Shown piece by piece: positions 19,658 to 29,535 of a stretch of 64,000 bases of DNA. Under the pieces are notes generated by a model. That model did not search any database. It was given only the letters and a program-made list of their open reading frames with translations, and had not been told where the DNA came from. Made by a program: the position numbers and the translations under genes. The stretch comes from Salinivirgaceae bacterium (lineage in GTDB: Bacteria; Bacteroidota; Bacteroidia; Bacteroidales; SZUA-534), in contig JBFWMB010000015.1 of NCBI GenBank assembly GCA_050251815.1, forward strand, positions 924 through 64,923. Direction: 5' to 3'. Each line of letters starts with the position of its first letter. The first letter of the stretch is position 1.

Positions 19658-20785
19658 TTATCCGTTAATCATCATAGGCATTAACAGCATCAAAACGTCT
19701 TCGTTTTCTGAATCGGTTTCAAAAGGTACCAAAATACCGGCACGCGTTGGATCAGATAAATTCATAACCACATCGGCACTGGCTATGTTTGCAAGAATTT
19801 CGATAAGGAACAACGATTTAAAGCCAATCTCCATTTCGTCGCCTTCGAACTGGCATTTTACACGCTCGTGAGCTGAAATTGAGAAATCGATATCCTGAGC
19901 TGAAACCGTTAACTGATTAGCTGTTAACGATAATTTTATCAGATTACTTGCCTGATTGGAGAATACCGAAACCCGACGTAATGAGTTGTAAAAATCGAGC
20001 CGATCGATAACCAATTTGTTTGGATTGTCTTTAGGAATAACTGCCTCGTAATTTGGATAGTTCCCTTCGACCAAACGGCAAATTAATTTGTAACCATTAA
20101 ACTCAACCATGGCATTCTTTTGATCGAACTGCAGGTTCACTGCACTATCGTCTTTTGGAAGAATATTTTTTAATAAACCGGCAGGTTTCTGTGGCAAAAT
20201 AAACGAAGCAGAATCTTCTGATTTGATGTCGGTACGGCGGTAACGAACCAATTTATGGGCATCGGATGCTACAAAAGTTAAATGCTCGGGCGACAATTCC
20301 ACGTTAATACCTGTCATTACCGGACGCAATTCATCGTCGGATGCAGCAAACAAGGTTTTACTCAAACCCAAACCCAATACTTCGGCGGTAAGCGAAACAG
20401 ATTTTACATCACCTTTCATCTCGGGAAGGGAAGGAAAATCGGCACTTTGCTGCCCCATGATACTGAATTTACCATTCTCGGAAACAATATCAACCGTAAG
20501 CGATTCCTTATCGATATTAAACGTTAAGGGTTGTTCCGGAAATTCCTTAAGAATGGTGGTAATTCGTTTGGCATCGATGGCAATTTCTCCCTCATCGGAG
20601 GAGCTTTCGAGCGGCACTGTGGTAATTAAAGTTGTTTCCAGATCCGAAGCAGTAACAATCAAAGCCCCGTCTTTTAGCTGAAAAAGAAAATTGTCGAGAA
20701 TCGGCAAGGTGTTTTTTGAACTGATTACACGGCTAACAGCCTGTAAATGATGCAGCATTGATGAGCTTGAAACTATAAAATTCAT
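19658..20785 (-). CDS. dnaN: DNA polymerase III beta sliding clamp
   Basis: 375 aa. The sequence MNFIVSSSSMLHHLQAVSRVISSKNTLPILDNFLF...LMPMMING and the overall length are typical of DnaN. Confidence 0.9.
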   Translation of the reverse strand: MNFIVSSSSMLHHLQAVSRVISSKNTLPILDNFLFQLKDGALIVTASDLETTLITTVPLESSSDEGEIAIDAKRITTILKEFPEQPLTFNIDKESLTVDIVSENGKFSIMGQQSADFPSLPEMKGDVKSVSLTAEVLGLGLSKTLFAASDDELRPVMTGINVELSPEHLTFVASDAHKLVRYRRTDIKSEDSASFILPQKPAGLLKNILPKDDSAVNLQFDQKNAMVEFNGYKLICRLVEGNYPNYEAVIPKDNPNKLVIDRLDFYNSLRRVSVFSNQASNLIKLSLTANQLTVSAQDIDFSISAHERVKCQFEGDEMEIGFKSLFLIEILANIASADVVMNLSDPTRAGILVPFETDSENEDVLMLLMPMMING

Positions 20786-20852
20786 ATCTGTTTGTTTTTT
20801 TATCGAGTAACCAAAAATATTAAAAATTAAATTAAATTATGGATTTATATGC

Positions 20853-21863
20853 TCATTCTTTTAAGAAACTTTGCAAGCTCCGTAAAATGGGGTCAAATTC
20901 GTAATACTGACCAATAAACAATTCATCCACTCCTGTTTGTAAATAAAAATAATCCGGATCAATTTTCAATTGCTGTCCAAAGATATCGGTTTTTCCATGA
21001 CCCGGCTTTTCATAAAATGCAACGTGTTGTTTTTGTCCTGCTGAAGTTTCAACCATCACCCTGCAAAAAGGTTCATCACTTAAAACTACTCTCAGTTCAT
21101 TTTCAGCTTGTCGATTTATTTTTGCATGGTACCTTTTAAAACGAAATTCATTAAGAAATAGTTCGGTTTCGAGTGTATCAAAACCAACAACCGGCTGCTT
21201 ATTTTGAAGGTTATACAAAACGAATTCACTTTTATTACGCACTAAGCTAAACGAATTTTCCGGCTCATTGGGGTATTGTACGGTAAGCGAAACAATTTGG
21301 GTTAAGTCGTAATTAAAAACCAGTTGCCCTTTCCAATAAGTTTCATGAATGGAGAAGCGTTGAGAAAAATCACCGCTTGCACCGGGCAATTCAACCCAAA
21401 AGGGTTCATTAGCCTGAGAAACCATCAGGTAAGTTTCCGTATTATTTGCAACTGAACCGTCTACAAAAAAACGGTGAAGCTGCTTACCCTTTGAATACAG
21501 TTCAACCTTAACCCCCTGCGTTCGCAATTGATTGACAATAGAATCCTTAAGCTGAAGCGAAACAGGCGATTTAATTACCAATTGCTTTAATGTAGCCAGC
21601 AGCAAGTTTACCCGCCGGGATTCTGCCTTAAATTGTTGATTTACCAGCCAACTGTTTGAACTCCGTGCTAAAAGCAAGTGCCTGGTTTCGCCATCGTGCA
21701 AAACAATTTTATCGATAAGAGCCGTATCAATCTTTGTTAAATTGTGCAAATTAAAGGCATTGGTTTCAACAGTAGGCCGGAGTATTATATACAAAGCCAT
21801 GAGCGCTAAAACGACAATTACAAGTATTTGTATGATTCTTTTATTCATACCACTATATAACAA
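20853..21863 (-). CDS. DUF4340-like protein, a common GldG-associated accessory protein
   Basis: 336 aa with one N-terminal TM helix (ILVIVVLALMALYII). It lies 10 nt downstream of gldG. An alternative start MNKRII lies at 21848. The family call rests on context and general resemblance only. Confidence 0.5.
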   Translation of the reverse strand: MLYSGMNKRIIQILVIVVLALMALYIILRPTVETNAFNLHNLTKIDTALIDKIVLHDGETRHLLLARSSNSWLVNQQFKAESRRVNLLLATLKQLVIKSPVSLQLKDSIVNQLRTQGVKVELYSKGKQLHRFFVDGSVANNTETYLMVSQANEPFWVELPGASGDFSQRFSIHETYWKGQLVFNYDLTQIVSLTVQYPNEPENSFSLVRNKSEFVLYNLQNKQPVVGFDTLETELFLNEFRFKRYHAKINRQAENELRVVLSDEPFCRVMVETSAGQKQHVAFYEKPGHGKTDIFGQQLKIDPDYFYLQTGVDELFIGQYYEFDPILRSLQSFLKE

Positions 21864-21873
21864 AAGCGATTTA

Positions 21874-23601
21874 TTATGCTACCTGAGCATATTTTCTTTT
21901 CCGGTAATAATTATAAGCTATACCCAACAAAACAATCAGTAAAACAGGCAATAACAGATTTATTGTTTGCCAAAACAATCGCTCTCGGGTAATTTTTGGT
22001 TTATCGAGCATCCGCAACTTATATTCTTTTGAGCGTGCTTCCATCAATCCTTCCAAATCACACAAGTAATTGATACAATTGAGCATAAACTCTTTGTTGG
22101 CAAAAGTTTGCCGGGTAAAACGGTCGTAACCCAAAGGCAATGCTTCCTGCTTATCCCCGTTTCGATGGCTGTAATTTCGAATGATATCGCCATCGGAAAT
22201 AACAATCATTTTTGTTTCCTGACTTAAGGTCATTGGTTTATTTCCATAAACGGAAGTATCGAAAGGAAGCACCCGATTGGTAAAAACTGACTGAAAAATA
22301 CCCTCGAGTAAAACACCAGTTGGCAAGAATGAACTGGTGAATCGGTCCGGATCCCGTCGTTCGCTTATCATCGATAAATCAATAAGTGCAGGAACACTTA
22401 CCTGCCGGCTGTACTTCGACGAAGTAAGTAAAATTTCTTTTTTAATATTCCCGTCGTTGCCAACCGTATCTATGGCATTAGCAAATTCTGATTTTACCAC
22501 ATCAAGGTTTTTCGAAATGGGATGAGCGCTTACGGGACTCATTAACGGATAATAAACCCAGGGTGCAGGAGCAAACTGAGGCTGTTGTCCGGCCAAAGCT
22601 GTATTTATCGGAATGGTAGCACATTGCAAATCCTGTATCAGGTTGTAGTTAATGCGAACCCCGTATTTAAACAACAGGTCGTCGAGATTCAATTCGCGGT
22701 TCAAAGCCACGGTTGAACGGGTATAAGCCAAACTGTCGGTATTTACATCAACCTGATCGATAAGCCACAGCACCGAACCACCGTTCATGATAAACTGGTC
22801 GATAAGAAACTTATTCTTTTCAGAAAAAGCTTTTTGGGGTTTGGCTATCACAATTAATTTAAAATTGTTGTTCCCCAACGAATCAATTAGACTGTACGGA
22901 TATTCATTAATTCGCATGCGGTAAACCTCATAAAAATCGGAAAGTGTGGTACCAATATCTTCCACCTCGGTTAGCGAAAGGGTTCCGTAGTCGTCAATAA
23001 AAGCAATTTTTGGAGCCTGCTCCGTAGTAAGTTTATGCATGGCGTAAGCCAACTCGTACTCTAAAGCCTGAATGGATGAATTCAGGTTTCCTTCGGGTGA
23101 ATAACCTGCATAATTTTTTAACACATTAACAGCAACTTCTTTCCCCTGATATGACATTAACATTCCCGGAAAGATTATCTTTTGGGAGTTGCTTCCATCT
23201 TTTTCTTTTACCTGTAAATTAGTTGGCTGCAAGCCTTTTTCATATAAATATTTAAAAAGCTCATTCCTGGCTTTTGGGTCGGGATTTGCTGAAGGATCGA
23301 TAAATTCGTACTGAATGTTGTCTTTTCCATAAACCCTGAATTCGTCCAAGATCTCGCGCATTGCATTTTTAAGTCGTTTGAATCCCGCAGGCATTTCACC
23401 ATCAAGGTAAATCCGAAGGTAAACCATATCGTCGATGGCTTTTAATTCCTGTTTGGTATGTTCCGACAGGGTAAAGCGTTTATCGGCTGTTAAATCGATG
23501 CGTGTAAAAACAAATTGTGCTATAAACCCTACCAGCAGAATAAAGGCTACAGCAATAATCAACTGAAAATAACTTTCTTTTTTATAAGTGCTTAATTGCA
23601 T
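21874..23601 (-). CDS. gldG: Gliding-motility-associated ABC transporter accessory protein GldG
   Basis: 575 aa with N- and C-terminal TM anchors around a large periplasmic domain. It lies directly downstream of the GldF-type permease, and the length and pattern fit GldG. Confidence 0.7.
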   Translation of the reverse strand: MQLSTYKKESYFQLIIAVAFILLVGFIAQFVFTRIDLTADKRFTLSEHTKQELKAIDDMVYLRIYLDGEMPAGFKRLKNAMREILDEFRVYGKDNIQYEFIDPSANPDPKARNELFKYLYEKGLQPTNLQVKEKDGSNSQKIIFPGMLMSYQGKEVAVNVLKNYAGYSPEGNLNSSIQALEYELAYAMHKLTTEQAPKIAFIDDYGTLSLTEVEDIGTTLSDFYEVYRMRINEYPYSLIDSLGNNNFKLIVIAKPQKAFSEKNKFLIDQFIMNGGSVLWLIDQVDVNTDSLAYTRSTVALNRELNLDDLLFKYGVRINYNLIQDLQCATIPINTALAGQQPQFAPAPWVYYPLMSPVSAHPISKNLDVVKSEFANAIDTVGNDGNIKKEILLTSSKYSRQVSVPALIDLSMISERRDPDRFTSSFLPTGVLLEGIFQSVFTNRVLPFDTSVYGNKPMTLSQETKMIVISDGDIIRNYSHRNGDKQEALPLGYDRFTRQTFANKEFMLNCINYLCDLEGLMEARSKEYKLRMLDKPKITRERLFWQTINLLLPVLLIVLLGIAYNYYRKRKYAQVA

Positions 23602-23619
23602 AAATTCCTGTTTTTGTTT

Positions 23620-24351
23620 TTACCAGTTACGGCTTTGTAGTTTAAATCGCGTCAGGGAAACAAACAGCGCAATCAAAGCCAAAAAGTAAACCACATCGCG
23701 GGTGTCGATCACACCCCTGCTCATGGAGCGATAATGCCGGTGAATACTCAGCCCCTGAAGAAAAAATTCACCACTCCGGTTGGCCAACAAAGTACTTGCC
23801 GCATCGAAACCATAAAAAAACAAAACAACCAATACCAGACTTAGAATAAATGCTGCAATGGTATTGTCGGTAAGCGATGAGCAAAACAGGCCAAGCGCAG
23901 TATAAACAGCGGCTAAAAAAAATAATCCCAGGTACGAGCCCCAGGTTCCGCCAACATCCATTGATCCAACGGGATTTCCCAGCCGATAAACCGAGAAAAA
24001 GTAAATAAAAGTGGGTACCAAAGCGATTACTGCTATGGTTAGCGCAGCCAGATATTTTCCCATAACAATAGCTAAATCGTTGATGGGTCGGGTCATGAGC
24101 AATTCAATGGTTCCCGTTTTTTTTTCGTCAGCAAACAAACGCATGGTAATGGCCGGTATCAGAAACATAAAAATCCAGGGAGCCAGAGCAAAAAAGGTAT
24201 CCATATCGGCATAACCATAATCGAGTACATTGTTGGCACCCGGAATAACCCACATAAAAAGCCCCGTTGCCAGCAAAAATACTACAATCACAATGTAGCC
24301 AGTTAAGGAGCTGAAAAATCCTGCAATTTCTTTCCTAAATAGTGCAACCAT
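23620..24351 (-). CDS. gldF: Gliding-motility-associated ABC transporter permease GldF
   Basis: 243 aa with 6 hydrophobic helices. The pattern FRKEIAGFFSSLTGYIVIVVFL...APWIFMFLIPAITMRLFADEKKTGTIELLMTRPI is typical of GldF/ABC-2 permeases. Confidence 0.7.
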   Translation of the reverse strand: MVALFRKEIAGFFSSLTGYIVIVVFLLATGLFMWVIPGANNVLDYGYADMDTFFALAPWIFMFLIPAITMRLFADEKKTGTIELLMTRPINDLAIVMGKYLAALTIAVIALVPTFIYFFSVYRLGNPVGSMDVGGTWGSYLGLFFLAAVYTALGLFCSSLTDNTIAAFILSLVLVVLFFYGFDAASTLLANRSGEFFLQGLSIHRHYRSMSRGVIDTRDVVYFLALIALFVSLTRFKLQSRNW

Positions 24352-24473
24352 AGTTTACGCTGTTTTTTGAGAGCACAAAAATAATGGTTTTTACCAAACA
24401 GCTCTCATTTTGTATCTATAGGAACCTGCGAAGGTTTTAATACTGGCAAAAAAGCAGGTTTTGATTCGAGCCG

Positions 24474-26714
24474 TTAAACCCGAACACCCATAACAATGAT
24501 ATCGTCAATCTGATCAATCTCGCCACGCCACTCGTCGATGGTAGTATTGAGTATCTCGCGTTGCTCATCCATCGATTTGTCCTGAATACTCAACAGCAGT
24601 TCCTTAAAGGGTTTCGATTTGAATTTTCCCCCGGTTGGCCCGCCAAACTGGTCGGCATAACCATCAGAAAAAATATAAAAGGTATCACCGGGCTGGAGTT
24701 CAATTTCGTTATTGGTAAAACTATCCTTCTCGCGAATATAAATTCCAATAGGCATTTTATCGGCTTTTACTTCAATAAGTTCCCCATTACGGAACAACAG
24801 TAGCGGATTATAGGCACCGGCGTATTGCAGCTTATTGGCCTCAAAATCAATCACACACAAGGCAATATCCATTCCATCTTTGGCTTCGCCTTCTTTTCCG
24901 GTTTGGCCCAGGGTTCGTTTTACCTGACTTCGTAAATCGTTCAGAATAAGATGTGGTTGAACCGTATTATTTTTATTTACAATCTCGTTCAGAAACGAAA
25001 CGCCCAGCATACTCATAAATGCTCCCGGAACCCCGTGACCTGTGCAATCGGCAGCAGCCACAATTACTTTGTTCCCCACTTTATTCATCCAGTAATAGTC
25101 GCCGCTAACAATATCGCGGGGACGGAAAAGAATAAAATGTTCGCGCAGAATCTCTGTGGCAAATTCGGGCGCCGGTAAAATTGCGGTCTGAATTCGCTTG
25201 GCGTATTTGATGCTGTCGGTGATTTCTTCTTTTTGTTTTTCAATTTCGGTTTTCTGCTCTTCCAATAACAGGTTATCACGCATCTTGCGCTTATAGCTTC
25301 GGAATACCTGCACCGAAAAGCCCGAAACTACCAGCAGTCCAATCAGGATAAACGTGCGGACCAAGCGATCGCGTTTTTGTTTTTGCTGGTATTCGAGGTC
25401 CTTTTGAGCCTGAATAAATTCCTGTTCTTTTTGCTGTTTGTCGAATTCATACTGCATGCTCATTTGGGTAAGCAGCTCAATATTCTCGTCGCTTTGAATG
25501 GTGTCGTTAATTTCCTTGAATCGTAAAAAGCTCTCATAGGCTTTTTTGTAATCACCCACCGCAGCATAAGCTTTACTCAATTGCTCGTTGGTCGATTTAA
25601 GATTTACCAACGATTCAATTTCTTCTGCCATTGACTTAGCCTTAAGCAGGTAAGAGATAGCTTTTGGGTAGTTCTTCCGGTTAAGTGAAACTTCGCCCAA
25701 GCCTTGATAAGAGACAATCTGCTCTTCAATTTCGGACAATTCCCTGAGGTTTATTTTTAAACTTCGATTGTAGTATTCAATGGATTTATTAAAAAGTGCT
25801 TCGCGCTCTTTCTGAGGTACATAATCCGATTTACGCAGGTAAGTCTGCCCAAAAAGATTGTAAATACCAATTACTCCGCGCAAATCGTTTTGCTCCAGAT
25901 AAATATCCAGGGCGCTCTGATAAACCATCATGGCTGAATCGAACTGTTTGCGTTCATCGTAGATACCACCCAGGTTCCGATAGGTATCAGCAATGATTGA
26001 TTTGGCATCGATTTCGGTGGCCAAACTATTGGCTTTTTTATACGATTCCATGGCCCGATCAAATTTCTTCTGATCTTCATAAATACCGCCAATGTTAGCA
26101 TAAATAGTTGCCACCATATCCAAATAGCCCAGTTCCTCGTTAAGCGCCATACTTAAATAGTAGTTTTCCAGCGCCTTTTCGTAATTGTACAGATTGTAAA
26201 AAGCAGCACCAATATTATTATAGCAATAGGCCATATCCTTCTTATTATCGAGCTGTTTAAGCAAACGCAGGCTTTCAGTATAGTGATTAATGGCTTTGCT
26301 GTAATCAGCTTGTATATGACTCACCAAACCCATCAGTACCTCAAATTTCGATGAGTTTTCGGGAAACATCTGATTCACTTTCCTGCTTTTTTCGTAATAA
26401 TGGGCGATGCTATCGAAGGCATATTGATAATAAAAGCATTTTCCCAAATTATAATAAGAATCGGACAATCCTTTTACGAAAAGTATCTTTTCCGATAACC
26501 GGGCTGCACTGCGGGCATATTCGAGCGATTTTTCAAGGTCTTCAGACAAAAATGCTTCTGAAAGCTCATTTAATACGTTTACTTTAACAGTATCTTCTTT
26601 TGCGTTGCTTAACTGACCCAACAAATCGTATACCTGCGAACGCTGTTCGTTTTGTGAAAACCCACGGCTTGCCGTAAAAATCAATATTAAAATTAGTATT
26701 GCCTTAACGTTCAT
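24474..26714 (-). CDS. TPR-repeat sensor with a single TM helix and a PP2C/SpoIIE-type serine phosphatase domain
   Basis: 746 aa. A signal peptide is followed by about 9 TPR-like repeats, a TM helix (TFILIGLLVVSGFSV), a coiled coil and a C-terminal SpoIIE domain (SGDYYW...AADCTGHGVPGA...FSDGYADQ...DDIIVMGVRV). Confidence 0.8.
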   Translation of the reverse strand: MNVKAILILILIFTASRGFSQNEQRSQVYDLLGQLSNAKEDTVKVNVLNELSEAFLSEDLEKSLEYARSAARLSEKILFVKGLSDSYYNLGKCFYYQYAFDSIAHYYEKSRKVNQMFPENSSKFEVLMGLVSHIQADYSKAINHYTESLRLLKQLDNKKDMAYCYNNIGAAFYNLYNYEKALENYYLSMALNEELGYLDMVATIYANIGGIYEDQKKFDRAMESYKKANSLATEIDAKSIIADTYRNLGGIYDERKQFDSAMMVYQSALDIYLEQNDLRGVIGIYNLFGQTYLRKSDYVPQKEREALFNKSIEYYNRSLKINLRELSEIEEQIVSYQGLGEVSLNRKNYPKAISYLLKAKSMAEEIESLVNLKSTNEQLSKAYAAVGDYKKAYESFLRFKEINDTIQSDENIELLTQMSMQYEFDKQQKEQEFIQAQKDLEYQQKQKRDRLVRTFILIGLLVVSGFSVQVFRSYKRKMRDNLLLEEQKTEIEKQKEEITDSIKYAKRIQTAILPAPEFATEILREHFILFRPRDIVSGDYYWMNKVGNKVIVAAADCTGHGVPGAFMSMLGVSFLNEIVNKNNTVQPHLILNDLRSQVKRTLGQTGKEGEAKDGMDIALCVIDFEANKLQYAGAYNPLLLFRNGELIEVKADKMPIGIYIREKDSFTNNEIELQPGDTFYIFSDGYADQFGGPTGGKFKSKPFKELLLSIQDKSMDEQREILNTTIDEWRGEIDQIDDIIVMGVRV

Positions 26715-26767
26715 GGTTTTATTATTTATGCCAACTCAAAGATAATTTTTTTATTCTAAAAAATGGA

Positions 26768-28891
26768 TTAAACATCTTTCATCGACAACTGAATTCGTTT
26801 TCTTTCTTTATCGACCGATACCACTTTTACTTTAACATGCTGATTCAGTGAAACCACTTCCGAAGGGTTCGACACAAAACGATTGGCCAGCATCGAAATA
26901 TGAACCAGTCCATCCTGATGCACACCAATATCAACAAAGGCCCCGAAATTGGTAATATTGGTTACAATTCCCGGAAGCACCATGCCCTCGTACAAATCGT
27001 TCACGGTATTTACTCCTTCGGCAAACTCAAACACTTTTACTTTGGAACGTGGATCGCGCCCCGGTTTTTCAAGTTCTTTCAATATGTCGTTTAAGGTAGG
27101 TAAACCAACTGAAGGACTGACGTACTTTTCAGGTTTTATTTGTTTGCGTACCGATTCGTCAGCAATTAACACGCCTACCTCTACGCCCAGGTCTTTAGCC
27201 ATAGCATCAACCACAGCATAACTCTCGGGGTGAACAGCACTGTTGTCGAGCGGATTTTTAGCATTTGGAATGCGTAAAAAGCCGGCGCATTGTTCAAAAG
27301 CCTTATCTCCCATTCGGGGTACTTTTTTTAATTCCTTGCGAGAACTAAAAGCTCCATTCTCTTTACGGTAATCGACGACATTTTGAGCCAGTTTGGGACC
27401 CAGTCCGCTCACATAGCTCAACAGGTGTTTGCTTGCTGTATTCAGGTTAACGCCCACAGCATTTACACAACTTTCGACCACAAAATCGAGGTTTTCCTTT
27501 AATTTGTTTTGATCCACATCGTGCTGATACTGCCCCACCCCTATCGATTTGGCATCAATTTTAACCAGTTCGGCCAGGGGATCCATCAGGCGGCGACCAA
27601 TGGAAACAGCTCCGCGAACGGTAACATCGTAGTCGGGAAATTCTTCGCGGGCAATGGGCGAAGCCGAATATATTGAAGCACCACTCTCGTTTACCATAAA
27701 CACCTGCAAATCGTTGTCGAAACGAATGTGGCGGATAAAAGCCTCTGTTTCGCGACTGGCTGTGCCATTACCGATAGCTATGGCCTCAATCTTATAGGAG
27801 TTTACCAGCGACAGTATTTTTTTGGTAGCCGTGCCTTTTTCGTTTTGCGGAGGATGCGGATAAATGGTTTCGTTGTGCAACAAGTCGCCATATTCGTTCA
27901 GGCACACCAGCTTACAACCGGTACGGAAACCCGGATCGAGCGCCAGAATACGCTTCTGCCCTAAGGGTGAAGCCAAAAGCAGTTGTCGCAAGTTTAAAGC
28001 AAAAACCTGAATGGCTTCTTCGTCGGCTTTTTCTTTATAGCGTTTCTTAAACTCATTTTCGAGCGAAGGTTGAATCAGGCGTTTGTAACTGTCGTTTACA
28101 GCCAGCCGAACCTGCTCCGAGGAATGGGTATAGCCACGAACAAACTGCGCTTCGAGCAAAGTAAGGCACGATTCGGCTTCGGGTTCCACGCTGATTTTCA
28201 AAAAGCCTTCGCTTTCGCCCCTGCGCATTGCCAACATACGGTGCGAAGGGCATTTTTTAAGCAGCTCAGAAAAATCAAAATAATCGGTGTACTTAATTCC
28301 TTCGGTTTCTTTCCCCTTAATTACTTTCGACACAATCAGGGCATCGTGCTCAAATACGCGGCGGCATTTCTGACGGGCTTGCTGATTTTCACTCACCCAT
28401 TCGGCAATAATATCGCGTGCTCCTTGTAAAGCTTCTTCAATTGAACTTACCTCCCCTTTAACATAAGCCAGGGCTATATCTTCAACAGCGCCTGAAACCT
28501 GCTTCATTAATTGTTTGGCCAGCGGCTCCAGTCCCAATTCCCTGGCAACAGTGGCTTTGGTTCGTCGTTTGGGCTTGTAGGGCAAATACAAGTCTTCCAG
28601 TTCAACCGGATCGAAGGTAGCGGTAATTTTTCGCGCCAACTCGTCGGTAAGCTGGCCTTGTTCTCTAATGGTTTCAAGCACGGTGGCCTTGCGCTTTTCC
28701 AGTTCTTCGAATTTCTTATTTTGCAATTCTATCTCGCGGATAACAACTTCGTCGAGTCCGCCGGTTCGTTCCTTACGGTAGCGACTGATAAAAGGAACCG
28801 TGGCTCCCTCGTTTAAAAGACCAATTACTGCACTTGCCTGATGATAAGTAATTGCCAGTTGCCCGGCGATATGTTCAATATATTTATCCAT
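26768..28891 (-). CDS. tex: Tex-like RNA-binding transcription accessory protein
   Basis: 707 aa. It has the N-terminal Tex helical domain, the YqgF-like segment (ILALDPGFRTGCK), HhH repeats and a C-terminal S1 domain (GMVLPGIVTNITNFGAFVDIG...GLVHIS). Confidence 0.9.
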   Translation of the reverse strand: MDKYIEHIAGQLAITYHQASAVIGLLNEGATVPFISRYRKERTGGLDEVVIREIELQNKKFEELEKRKATVLETIREQGQLTDELARKITATFDPVELEDLYLPYKPKRRTKATVARELGLEPLAKQLMKQVSGAVEDIALAYVKGEVSSIEEALQGARDIIAEWVSENQQARQKCRRVFEHDALIVSKVIKGKETEGIKYTDYFDFSELLKKCPSHRMLAMRRGESEGFLKISVEPEAESCLTLLEAQFVRGYTHSSEQVRLAVNDSYKRLIQPSLENEFKKRYKEKADEEAIQVFALNLRQLLLASPLGQKRILALDPGFRTGCKLVCLNEYGDLLHNETIYPHPPQNEKGTATKKILSLVNSYKIEAIAIGNGTASRETEAFIRHIRFDNDLQVFMVNESGASIYSASPIAREEFPDYDVTVRGAVSIGRRLMDPLAELVKIDAKSIGVGQYQHDVDQNKLKENLDFVVESCVNAVGVNLNTASKHLLSYVSGLGPKLAQNVVDYRKENGAFSSRKELKKVPRMGDKAFEQCAGFLRIPNAKNPLDNSAVHPESYAVVDAMAKDLGVEVGVLIADESVRKQIKPEKYVSPSVGLPTLNDILKELEKPGRDPRSKVKVFEFAEGVNTVNDLYEGMVLPGIVTNITNFGAFVDIGVHQDGLVHISMLANRFVSNPSEVVSLNQHVKVKVVSVDKERKRIQLSMKDV

Positions 28892-29191
28892 GATTTAGAA
28901 TTTTATATGGCAAATAAAAACATATTTTGGATTACACCAAAATGTTTATCGGGGCTGCGCTTTGGCTGAACCAGCCAACTCGTTACCAATCAAAACTTAT
29001 GTTCTTCGTAACGAAAAAATTTAGCATTCATTCTCCCTGGCTGTAAAAATTTTCTATTCCTTATAGTTACTTTTCCCATCGCAAACCGTATTACAAGGCA
29101 ACATCCGTTTCCGGAAAATTAATTGAACGGCAAACAACATTTGCCCCGCAGCGGATGTTCTCTCACTACTAACTAATTTAAATTAATTGGC

Positions 29192-29380
29192 ATGAAACCA
29201 CATTTAACCCGTTCGCGGCACAAAGTAATTGCCGGGGTGTGTGCCGGGCTGGCCGAATGGCTGGGCTGGGACATTACCACCGTGCGAATTCTCTATGTAT
29301 TGTTAAGCATCCTGAGTGTTGGCTTCCCGGGCATTTTAGTATATATTGTCCTATGGATAGTTATGCCCGATAGTTATTAA
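29192..29380 (+). CDS. PspC-domain membrane protein
   Basis: 62 aa. The motif RSRHKVIAGVCAGLAEWLGWDITTVRILYVLLSI is followed by a TM helix. Confidence 0.7.
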   Translation: MKPHLTRSRHKVIAGVCAGLAEWLGWDITTVRILYVLLSILSVGFPGILVYIVLWIVMPDSY

Positions 29381-29462
29381 CTCCTTTTACCATTCATCGT
29401 ATGGTTTTGAATAAACACAAGTGCTAACAGAAGCTGCCATTGTTATAAAGGCCGGTAAAACA

Positions 29463-29494
29463 AAAAAGCTGCCCCCGAACCGGGACAGCTTTTT
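29463..29494. terminator. Bidirectional terminator between the pspC-like gene and gcvP
   Basis: AAAAAGCTGCCCC-loop-GGGACAGCTTTTT forms a stem with one mismatch, with A- and T-runs on either side. It lies between convergent genes. Confidence 0.65.
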
Positions 29495-29535
29495 AATTGT
29501 ATTATGATAAGGCAGCTTAAGCCGCCAGGTTTCTC

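Noticed and set aside
19381-19871. Two track ORFs (19381..19617 on the minus strand and 19626..19871 on the plus strand) both begin MAFCFV and look like a mirrored gene pair.
   Set aside because: Both N-termini are translations of the two arms of the perfect 20-bp dnaN terminator hairpin read from GTG. The plus ORF is otherwise antisense to dnaN, and the minus ORF runs through the promoter region into the PD40 gene. They are artefacts of the palindrome, not genes.
24352-24473. Long-loop inverted repeats (TGAGAGC...GCTCTCA and AACCTGC...GCAGGTT) between the SpoIIE-phosphatase gene and gldF.
   Set aside because: The stems are only 7 bp with 24-26-nt loops and lack a proper U-tract on the relevant strand. 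That is too weak to call a terminator or a regulatory RNA.
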